DNA from: an uncultured Candidatus Saccharibacteria bacterium
GTDB taxonomy: Bacteria > Patescibacteriota > Minisyncoccia > Phycocordibacterales > PALSA-1337
Length of the DNA: 64,000 bases
NCBI GenBank assembly: GCA_964470105.1
Contig: CAYXZI010000004.1
Coordinates: 5,271 to 69,270 of the forward strand
Direction of reading: 5' to 3'
Shown: positions 56,926 through 64,000 of the stretch, piece after piece
How the letters are laid out: each line of letters starts with the position of its first letter
Numbering within the stretch: the stretch's first letter is position 1
Made by a program: the position numbers and the translations under genes
Notes under the pieces: model-generated
The model's database searches: none
The model's input: only the letters and a program-made list of their open reading frames with translations
What the model was told of the DNA's origin: nothing

Positions 56926-57882
56926 TTATCTTAAATACTTACTAATATTTAATAGATGACCTTCGTAGGTGGTAGCGTAATACATTTTTCCATCCCTGCC
57001 AGTGAGATAGAAATAGTATTTTGATGAAACTGGTTCTATTGTAGCCTTTATAGCTTCTATACCTGGATTACTTATCGGACCCTTAGGTAAACCCTTATAT
57101 TTATATGTATTGTATGGTGAATCAATCTTTAGATCATCAAAAGTTACTCCACTAGTTTTACCTGTAAGATAGTAGAATGGTGGGTCGACTTGTAGAAACA
57201 TTCCCTCTTTTAGTCTTTTCCATAATATTCCAGATACCATTTTTCTATCCTCAATATTATTTGCTTCCTCTTCAACAATAGATGCCATGGTTACAATATC
57301 AAAAAGTGGTTTATTAAAATTCTTAATCTCTAAAGCCAGTGGTGCTATCTTTTTATTAAAGTTATCCTTCATTGTCCGTATTACCTCTTCTGGTTTAACA
57401 TTAGAATAGAAATTATATGTATCAGGATATAGAAACCCTTCCTCTGATTTAGCTAGAGATACAAAACGTGCAGCATTAAAGCTTGGTAAGGCCTTTAGGT
57501 ATATATATGCCATATCTGATACATTTGTACCCTCTGGTATTGTTACTCTCACTTTCACCTGTCTCTGATCTCCACTTACCATTCTTTTTGCAATAGTTAA
57601 CATATTCTCTCCTCCAGAGAATCTGTAGTCTCCAGTCTTTATACCCTTATTTCCAGAAAGGATAGTAATTGATATTTTAAATATCAGTTTTGAAGAAATC
57701 ATATTCATATTAAAAAGATCTTGAGCCACCTTACTAACTGATGCCCCCTTTTCTACTTCAAATTCAAATTGCTTTGTTGGAAAATCTTTCGGAGGTTGTG
57801 AAAGTACTGAGACACATAATACAATCACTATGGCAATCAAAAAACTTATATTTAATACTAAATGTTTTTTAAATTGAGACAT
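56926..57882 (-). CDS. mltG: Endolytic murein transglycosylase MltG (YceG family)
   Basis: N-terminal TM helix and a YceG-like domain (MASIVEEEA block). Confidence 0.8.
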   Translation of the reverse strand: MSQFKKHLVLNISFLIAIVIVLCVSVLSQPPKDFPTKQFEFEVEKGASVSKVAQDLFNMNMISSKLIFKISITILSGNKGIKTGDYRFSGGENMLTIAKRMVSGDQRQVKVRVTIPEGTNVSDMAYIYLKALPSFNAARFVSLAKSEEGFLYPDTYNFYSNVKPEEVIRTMKDNFNKKIAPLALEIKNFNKPLFDIVTMASIVEEEANNIEDRKMVSGILWKRLKEGMFLQVDPPFYYLTGKTSGVTFDDLKIDSPYNTYKYKGLPKGPISNPGIEAIKATIEPVSSKYYFYLTGRDGKMYYATTYEGHLLNISKYLR

Positions 57883-57883
57883 A

Positions 57884-59137
57884 CTATATCGGTAGATTTG
57901 AAGGAGCTTCTGATTTCTTTGAAGGTATACGATTTAGACTTGGTGTTGCAGCCACAGCACCAGGTAGGTGGTATATAGTTGCTAATTCTTCTGTGCTCAA
58001 TACAAAGAACTTACTAACGAACGGTTCATAGAAAAATGATCTTCTCTTAAACGCCTCCAAAACTAGTCTAGCCTGCTTGTTCTGTCTATATCCCTTATAG
58101 TCTTCCCATGGATCATTCTTAAATTTTGCTGACCACTTATCACCATTAGGTTTAAAGCCGTTAAAGTTTTCTGTATGGAAATGCTTAAATGAAGAGATAA
58201 TACCACCAATACCATTCGGTTTATCGAAAGAATCCTTTTTAGTAATATATATCGCCCTAACACCCACATCAAAAGCTAGTTTACCCATATTTCTCTCTAT
58301 TGCTTTAATTACCTCCTTTTCTCCATCTGAGAGTGTTGGTGGTATAACTCTTCCTGTTTCTTTATCTTTCTTACCGACAACTTTTGTCTTTGCATCACGC
58401 ACCATGATCTCGTTTATGAGATCAATTGCTTCTTTCTTATACATATCTCCCTTCTTCCATAGATGTTCAGGCATTCTTTGATCCTTTATATGAGCTCGAA
58501 TTATATACTGTATCCAAACCCTCTGATATGGTCCCTGACTACCCAAAAATTCTATGAGTGGTGTCATGGGATCAATCTTAAATTCCTCTTTTGGATCCTT
58601 ATCTAATCCATAATCAATATATGTCTTCAATGGATATGGATCTGCTTTTGTCAGGATAAATTCACCTCCCCACATTTTACTTTCAGCTGGATCAAACTGT
58701 ACACCTAATGTATAGTCTTTTGCTTCGTGAATTTCAATACCTGGGAACTGCGAATAGAATGCAGCCATAACTCCATTCTTTCTTCTGTCTTCTGTTCTTA
58801 TGAAAAACTTTACCACCCCCTCTAAAGAAACTATTTCTAGTGAATATGATGGCCTCTTCTCTCCTTTCCAGTATTGAGCAAAACCGCTACCGTCAGATGT
58901 GTTATGTAGGGAATTTAGAACCAGCTCCATAGCTAGTGGAGACTTTAACATTTCTCTTGGTAGTTTAATTTCTAGCAATGCGTATTTAAGAGAATATATC
59001 CATTCAGAACGTACATAATTTACCCACAATGGCCAGAAGACCATTGATAGTATAAATGCCAAAATAATTGGCGATATTGGCACTACGTAAGTAGTCAGAG
59101 CACTAAATACCTGATCTTGTATCAACGAAAGAATCAT
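57884..59137 (-). CDS. Hypothetical membrane protein
   Basis: 417 aa with an N-terminal TM segment and no recognised domain. Confidence 0.45.
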   Translation of the reverse strand: MILSLIQDQVFSALTTYVVPISPIILAFILSMVFWPLWVNYVRSEWIYSLKYALLEIKLPREMLKSPLAMELVLNSLHNTSDGSGFAQYWKGEKRPSYSLEIVSLEGVVKFFIRTEDRRKNGVMAAFYSQFPGIEIHEAKDYTLGVQFDPAESKMWGGEFILTKADPYPLKTYIDYGLDKDPKEEFKIDPMTPLIEFLGSQGPYQRVWIQYIIRAHIKDQRMPEHLWKKGDMYKKEAIDLINEIMVRDAKTKVVGKKDKETGRVIPPTLSDGEKEVIKAIERNMGKLAFDVGVRAIYITKKDSFDKPNGIGGIISSFKHFHTENFNGFKPNGDKWSAKFKNDPWEDYKGYRQNKQARLVLEAFKRRSFFYEPFVSKFFVLSTEELATIYHLPGAVAATPSLNRIPSKKSEAPSNLPI

Positions 59138-59181
59138 ACGTTGATATTATACCAGCTTTCTATTTTATGGACTACTGTAAC

Positions 59182-60231
59182 CTATGCAGGTAGCTTTGCT
59201 GAATCAGCTATATCGTACTTTCCATCCTTTGTCTTCTTAAAGTTTTTTTGATTTTGTAGATTAACCATTATAGTATTTTCCTTCACATACCTCTCTTTCA
59301 TAACCTTATCAATGATTTCCTCTTTTGTAAGTGGACCATTCTTCTCCAAAATGTTTTTAATAACATCCTTTACAACCCCAGACATATATCCCCATTCTCT
59401 AAGAGCATATAGACCTCTTCCAACTAAAACAAATCTCTTATCCTTTATTAGTTCATTATGTGTAGTTGCAATATGAGCTTTCTTTTTGAAAACTTGAGTA
59501 ATCTGTTTAGCAACTTCTTTAAAGTGTATTGGGGAACCATGCTTTCTGATGACCAAGAATGCATAGTCTCTGACACCCTTTGTCTTTATATTTGAAGAAT
59601 GAGAAACACCCCATTCACCCATAGCGTTCTTTCCGAGTGACTTAGAGATACCTAACCATCTTTTAATGATTTCCTGATTCTTATATTTTTCTGACACTGA
59701 TTCCAAATGAGAAAGGAATCTATTTACGATTTCAGATTCTGGAAGTAGGTCATCGTCTGAAAGACCAGTATATAGTTTTCTTAGAGAGTCTTCTACTTGC
59801 TTAGCCAACTCTTCATTTACATGCCAACGATGCTTAAATTCATCATCCTCCTTCTTCTTTTTGAAACCTTCACCGATAACTAGAATGAAGTGTATATGAT
59901 TCTGCAGTTCTTTATCCTTTGATGCATGACCAAGGAAATCATCCTCGACGACAATTCCACCAAGACTATGTATTAGAGTTTCGATTTCAGCAAAAGCTGT
60001 TTTTTCAGCTTTATATACATCTGACTTTCTGATATTTGTTAGAGCATAGTTTTCTATTTGTCTTACTCGTTCACGAGTAATACCATATAGCTTTCCTATA
60101 GCATCTAGAGTCATTTTATCTGTACTCTTTCCTAGACCGTATCTTTTAATTAGCACCTCACGAGCACGGTCTGGTAAGACTGATAGAAGTCTTTTTGTTG
60201 ATTGTTTTGGTTTGAATTGTATGTTGGCCAT
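59182..60231 (-). CDS. Sigma-70 region-4-like HTH fused to a C-terminal HARE-HTH domain
   Basis: N-terminal REVLIKRYGLGKSTDKMTLDAIGKLYGITRERVRQIENYALTNIRK resembles region 4. C-terminal PIHFKEVAKQI...DKRFVLVGRGLYALREWGY matches the HARE-HTH pattern. Confidence 0.5.
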   Translation of the reverse strand: MANIQFKPKQSTKRLLSVLPDRAREVLIKRYGLGKSTDKMTLDAIGKLYGITRERVRQIENYALTNIRKSDVYKAEKTAFAEIETLIHSLGGIVVEDDFLGHASKDKELQNHIHFILVIGEGFKKKKEDDEFKHRWHVNEELAKQVEDSLRKLYTGLSDDDLLPESEIVNRFLSHLESVSEKYKNQEIIKRWLGISKSLGKNAMGEWGVSHSSNIKTKGVRDYAFLVIRKHGSPIHFKEVAKQITQVFKKKAHIATTHNELIKDKRFVLVGRGLYALREWGYMSGVVKDVIKNILEKNGPLTKEEIIDKVMKERYVKENTIMVNLQNQKNFKKTKDGKYDIADSAKLPA

Positions 60232-60298
60232 GCAATTATTGGTTATTTGATAAGATTGATACTACATTATGATTGATATTGTGTCAAATGTGGTCTAA

Positions 60299-63172
60299 TT
60301 ATACAACTATATTTACGAGTTTGTTTTTAACAAAAATCACTTTTTTCACCTCCTTTCCATCTATCCATTTCTGTATTTCCTCCATATTTAGAGCCGTATT
60401 CTTCAATTCATCATCCGGTGTATCCCTTTTTACTTTTACCTCCCCTCTCGTCTTACCATTAATCTGAATGAATACTGTCACATTGCTTTCTACCAACCTG
60501 TTTGGATCAAACTTTGGCCATTCTGATTCATGTACTGATCCTTTGTTCTTCATCCTCTCCCATATTTCTTCTGTAAAATGTGGTGCAAACGGAGCAACTA
60601 GTTGAATGATTATCTGATAATATTCTTTAGAAATGCTTTTTTCTTTTTCAAATTCATTCAATAGAATCATTATGGAACTAACAGCGGTATTGAATCTCAT
60701 TTCCTCTATATCCTCACTTACCTTCTTTATCGTCTTATGAACTGAAGTCTCAATACTTTCTCCACCACCCTCCCCAATCTTTTCTTGTAACTTCCATATT
60801 CTTTCAATGAATCTTCTTGAACCTGCAATGGTGTTGGTATCCCATGCTATCGCTTGATCAAATGGACCCATAAACATTTCATGTATTCTAAGTGTATCTG
60901 CTCCAACTGTTTTCACTATATCATCTGGATTAACTACATTTCCTACTGACTTAGACATCTTTGCTCCACCTTCAGCTAGAATTAATCCATGTGATGTTCT
61001 CTTCTTATATGGTTCCTTTGTTGGTACAAGACCCAGGTCATAGAGGAATTTATGCCAGAATCGAGAATATAGGAGGTGTAGGGTGGTATGTTCCATACCT
61101 CCGTTATACCAATCAACTGGAGTCCAGTATTTGAGATTCTTTTGACTAGCAAACTCCTTCTTATTATGTGCATCAACGTAACGTAGATAGTACCAACTAG
61201 ATCCAGCCCAGTTAGGCATAGTGTCGGTTTCTCGCTTTGCTTTACCTTTACAATTTGGACATTTAGTATTCACCCATTTATCTAGAGAAGAAAGTGGTGA
61301 TTCACCTGTTTCAGTTGGTTTATAGTTTTTAACTTTTGGGAGCTTGAGTGGTAATTCTTTTTCAGGCACAGGAACTATCCCACATTTTGGACAATGTACA
61401 ACAGGTATTGGTTCTCCCCAATATCTCTGACGAGAGAATATCCAGTCGCGGAGTTTAAACTTCGTTACCCATTTACCTCCAACAAATTCAGTAATTTCTT
61501 TTTTAACAGATTCAGAGTCTTTACCTGTAAAATTACCGGAGTCTAACAACATACCTTCTCCTGTATATATGTATTCAGGATTAAAGATTATATTCTCAAG
61601 GAATTTTCCTTCAGAGACAGTTAGAAAATCAAATAGTTCCTTCTTGCTTTTCCAAGTTATATCATGCAATGCTCGCTCTTTTTCACTAACCACAGATCTG
61701 TCTTCATTTTCTAAATCAAAAAATACATAGTGGAAATGAGCCCATCGATTCACTTCTTTAATTCGATGAAAGAAAAAAGTATTAATATTAACTGGTGAAG
61801 TTCTAATATATTTAAGATTTTTATAGCCAGTCTCCTCTTCGACTTCTCTTCTAGCTGCCACAACTGGATCCTCACCTTCTTCAATTCCTCCTGTTATTAA
61901 ACCGTTCATCTTTGCAATTTTCCAACTTATACAGAGATACTTATCATCTTTAGGATTACGAACAACTACACAAACCGCTTCTCTTTTAATATACGGCAAA
62001 TCTTTTTTTGGAATTGAATCTGTGGCATCAATAAACTTAGGCTCTAGAACATACTTAACATTTAACTTATATTTCTTCGCAAAGTACCAATCTCTCTCAT
62101 CATGAGCAGGTACGGCCATTACTGCACCAGTTCCATAGTCAGATAGGACATAATCAGCTACCCATACTGGTATCTTTTCTTTGGTTGCAGGGTTTATAGC
62201 CCAGACTCCTTTTACTTCAACTCCAGTCTTTGTATTTTTTGCATCAGTTCTTTCTATTGTAGACTTATCCTTTGCTTGTTTTACATATTTCTTTACTTCA
62301 TCAGCATTATTCAATACTCCTTTATGATTATCGTCTATAGCTAGAGTCACCCAAGGATGCTCTGGAGAAAGTACTATATATGTGACTCCGTATATGGTAT
62401 CAGGTCGTGTAGTGAATGCCGGAATCAATCCTGGTTTCTGACCACCCTCGAACTGAATTTCAAAACTGATTTCTGCCCCCTCACTCTTCCCAATCCAATT
62501 TCTCTGTTGAATCTTTATTTTCTCCAAGAATTCAGTCTCATCCAAATCCTTATCAAGTCTCTCTGCATATTTTGTTATAGCCAACATCCACTGTTCCTTT
62601 TCTCGCTGTTCAACTTTTGTACCACATCTATCACAGCATCCATCTACAACTTCTTCATTAGCTAGACCTATCAAGTCCTTAGGACACCAGTTTATGGTCA
62701 TCTTCTTCTTGTATGCCAATCCTTTCTTTAGGAATTGTAGGAATATCCATTGTGTCCATTTATAGTATTTAGGATCTGTAGTATCTATTTCTCTGTCCCA
62801 GTCAAAAGAGAAACCGAGCATCTTCAATTGCTTTCTAAAGTTATCAGTATTCTGTTTAGTAACTATAGCTGGTTGTATACCCGTCTTGATAGCATAGTTC
62901 TCTGTAGGTAGACCAAATGCATCCCAACCTATTGGATACAGTACATTGTATCCCTCTCTTCTTCTCTTACGAGAAATGATGTCCATAGCAGTATTACTTC
63001 TAATGTGGCCTACATGCATACCAGCTCCAGATGGATATGGGAATTCTATGAGAGCATAGAACTTTTTCTTATTTAAATCCTCCTTCACCTTATTAGGCTT
63101 TTTCTTCTCCCAAACCTTCTGCCACTTCTTTTCTATTTTAATATGATCATACTGTTCCATAAAATGTATCAT
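60299..63172 (-). CDS. leuS: Leucyl-tRNA synthetase carrying an embedded Nudix hydrolase domain
   Basis: HIGH (HVGHIRSN) and KMSKS motifs, a TRPDT editing-domain motif, and the zinc knuckle CPKCG. About 100 aa longer than typical LeuRS, due to a roughly 135-aa insertion at residues 395-530. Confidence 0.9.
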   Translation of the reverse strand: MIHFMEQYDHIKIEKKWQKVWEKKKPNKVKEDLNKKKFYALIEFPYPSGAGMHVGHIRSNTAMDIISRKRRREGYNVLYPIGWDAFGLPTENYAIKTGIQPAIVTKQNTDNFRKQLKMLGFSFDWDREIDTTDPKYYKWTQWIFLQFLKKGLAYKKKMTINWCPKDLIGLANEEVVDGCCDRCGTKVEQREKEQWMLAITKYAERLDKDLDETEFLEKIKIQQRNWIGKSEGAEISFEIQFEGGQKPGLIPAFTTRPDTIYGVTYIVLSPEHPWVTLAIDDNHKGVLNNADEVKKYVKQAKDKSTIERTDAKNTKTGVEVKGVWAINPATKEKIPVWVADYVLSDYGTGAVMAVPAHDERDWYFAKKYKLNVKYVLEPKFIDATDSIPKKDLPYIKREAVCVVVRNPKDDKYLCISWKIAKMNGLITGGIEEGEDPVVAARREVEEETGYKNLKYIRTSPVNINTFFFHRIKEVNRWAHFHYVFFDLENEDRSVVSEKERALHDITWKSKKELFDFLTVSEGKFLENIIFNPEYIYTGEGMLLDSGNFTGKDSESVKKEITEFVGGKWVTKFKLRDWIFSRQRYWGEPIPVVHCPKCGIVPVPEKELPLKLPKVKNYKPTETGESPLSSLDKWVNTKCPNCKGKAKRETDTMPNWAGSSWYYLRYVDAHNKKEFASQKNLKYWTPVDWYNGGMEHTTLHLLYSRFWHKFLYDLGLVPTKEPYKKRTSHGLILAEGGAKMSKSVGNVVNPDDIVKTVGADTLRIHEMFMGPFDQAIAWDTNTIAGSRRFIERIWKLQEKIGEGGGESIETSVHKTIKKVSEDIEEMRFNTAVSSIMILLNEFEKEKSISKEYYQIIIQLVAPFAPHFTEEIWERMKNKGSVHESEWPKFDPNRLVESNVTVFIQINGKTRGEVKVKRDTPDDELKNTALNMEEIQKWIDGKEVKKVIFVKNKLVNIVV
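61583..61990 (-). other. Nudix hydrolase domain inserted in LeuRS between the CP1 editing domain and the catalytic-core return
   Basis: Canonical Nudix box GGIEEGEDPVVAARREVEEETGY (G-x5-E-x7-REUxEExGU), encoded at 61823-61891. The position corresponds to the short E. coli linker after KYGLNIKPV. Confidence 0.75.
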
Positions 63173-63180
63173 ATAACAAA

Positions 63181-63212
63181 AAGCCCTCGACGTGAAGTCG
63201 AGGAGCTTTCGA
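63181..63212 (-). terminator. Minus-strand intrinsic terminator 8 nt upstream of the leuS start
   Basis: In minus-strand sense: CCTCGAC-TTCAC-GTCGAGG followed by GCTTTTTGTTA. Confidence 0.5.
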
Positions 63213-63226
63213 GTTATAAGACCTGC

Positions 63227-63367
63227 TCACTTGAGCAAGTCCCGAAATAACGCTGGCTCAGTTGCCGCGATGAGCGCGACAGCTATAGCCAAGAATCCAA
63301 CGAAGAGAATCGCTACCGTCCTTGAACTTCTCTTCTCCTCCGAAGAGGCTGAAAATGAACTGTTCAT
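63227..63367 (-). CDS. Small single-TM peptide (46 aa, GC-rich), or alternatively a structured leader for leuS
   Basis: MNSSFSASSEEKRSSRTVAILFVGFLAIAVALIAATEPALFRDLLK. Extended -10 TGGTATAAT about 5-7 nt before the ATG. Terminator at 63181-63212. Confidence 0.3.
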   Translation of the reverse strand: MNSSFSASSEEKRSSRTVAILFVGFLAIAVALIAATEPALFRDLLK

Positions 63368-63552
63368 ATTCCCTAGTATTATACCACACCATCTATAAAA
63401 AGCAAGTGTCAAGGGTATGCGGTATTATGAGATAAATACTAGACAAAATTATCTAAATCTTGTATTGTTTTGACAGTCAGTTGCACAAGGAGGTTAGTTT
63501 CATCATCGCCAACTGACTAGTTGAGTCTAACCAACTCAGCTCGCCCGCCGGA

Positions 63553-63600
63553 CGCTCTCTCACCCCACATTTAACCAAAGGGAGCGTCCGGCTTTTCTTT
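63553..63600 (+). terminator. Plus-strand terminator: 10-bp stem CCGGACGCTC / GAGCGTCCGG followed by CTTTTCTTTT
   Basis: Closes a roughly 130-nt GC-rich multi-hairpin region (63470-63600) that has no ORF. Confidence 0.45.
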
Positions 63601-63716
63601 TGGATTGAATTATATATTTAAAAGAGTAATATTATTGATGGAGTACTATTCTGAGTATGTACTCCCCAAAGGAGGCTCTGGGGGGTTCGCAACTCTTTTA
63701 CCCCCTGCTTGTTTCG

Positions 63717-63752
63717 TGCCGGTCCGAGTGGACCGGCACTTTCTGTTTTAAA
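63717..63752 (+). terminator. Plus-strand terminator: GTGCCGGTCC-GAGT-GGACCGGCAC followed by TTTCTGTTTTA
   Basis: Closes a second hairpin-rich segment (63640-63752). Confidence 0.45.
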
Positions 63753-63772
63753 TGCATTAATAGATATCAACA

Positions 63773-63970
63773 CTACACCATAAGCAATACAGCACCCAAG
63801 AGAGCAATATTTTTTAGGAAAGAAATTTTTTCGCTTGATTTCTGCTGTGCATCTGAGATTTTCCAAAAAGCATGCATCTTAAATGTAACTGGAATCAAAA
63901 ATACAACAAGAAGTATGAGTGATATAATTTTAAAAATATTAAACAAAACCCCTAGTCCACCTAGGATCAA
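63773..63970 (-). CDS. Membrane protein fragment (DoxX-like?)
   Basis: Two hydrophobic helices. It begins with an in-frame Met near the window end, so the N-terminus may lie outside the window. Weak call. Confidence 0.25.
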   Translation of the reverse strand: MILGGLGVLFNIFKIISLILLVVFLIPVTFKMHAFWKISDAQQKSSEKISFLKNIALLGAVLLMV

Positions 63971-64000
63971 TAGTATTCCAGTAAAATATATTGCGAGACT

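Noticed and set aside
1-64000. CRISPR array, diversity-generating retroelement or retron, integron
   Set aside because: No regularly spaced short direct repeats. No ORF with reverse-transcriptase motifs (YxDD) and no tyrosine- or serine-recombinase-like ORF. The repeated elements found are promoter/terminator-associated and occur only twice each within the window.

Overview
This is an AT-rich bacterial chromosome segment of roughly 33% GC. Genes carry no Shine-Dalgarno sequences, and there are many near-consensus sigma70 promoters (TTGACA-17-TATAAT) placed only 5-12 nt upstream of start codons, so several mRNAs appear leaderless. The window is dense with housekeeping genes:

- replication and recombination: dnaX 3' end, recR, dnaB, rmuC, scpA, scpB
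- translation GTPase: typA
- aminoacyl-tRNA synthetases: cysS, gltX, a GAD-less aspS, trpS, a C-terminally short alaS, leuS
- cell wall and division: murG, ftsW, ctpA, an M23 peptidase, mltG
- transport: an RND pump with its membrane-fusion partner
- chaperones: dnaJ-like, dnaK, grpE
- ribosomal and transcription: rplU, rplI, rpmA, and an rpsI-rplM-rplQ-rpoA-rpsD-rpsK-rpsM-rpmJ-infA cluster
- tRNA and tRNA modification: tRNA-Gln(UUG), mnmA

The gene content and reduced, SD-less organisation suggest a Patescibacteria/CPR-like lineage, but that is inference only. The main departures from an ordinary core region are:

1. GC-rich cassettes: about ten GC-rich (about 50% GC) standalone units of promoter, ORF and terminator, most encoding small single-pass TM proteins or peptides, with at least two pairs sharing conserved non-coding flanks (a 60-nt repeat at 42241/42783 and a 46-nt repeat at 36846/38783).
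2. Split dnaK operon: an RhuM-Fic gene flanked by two of these cassettes separates dnaK from dnaJ.
3. leuS carries an embedded canonical Nudix hydrolase domain.
4. An Asp T-box precedes aspS.
5. A roughly 105-bp copy of the trpS 3' end, together with the trpS 3' end itself, flanks a dCTP-deaminase-like gene.
6. The rimL-like GNAT gene is frameshifted.

No CRISPR array, reverse transcriptase or integrase was seen. Coordinates I derived myself (promoters, terminators, corrected starts) are accurate to a few nucleotides.
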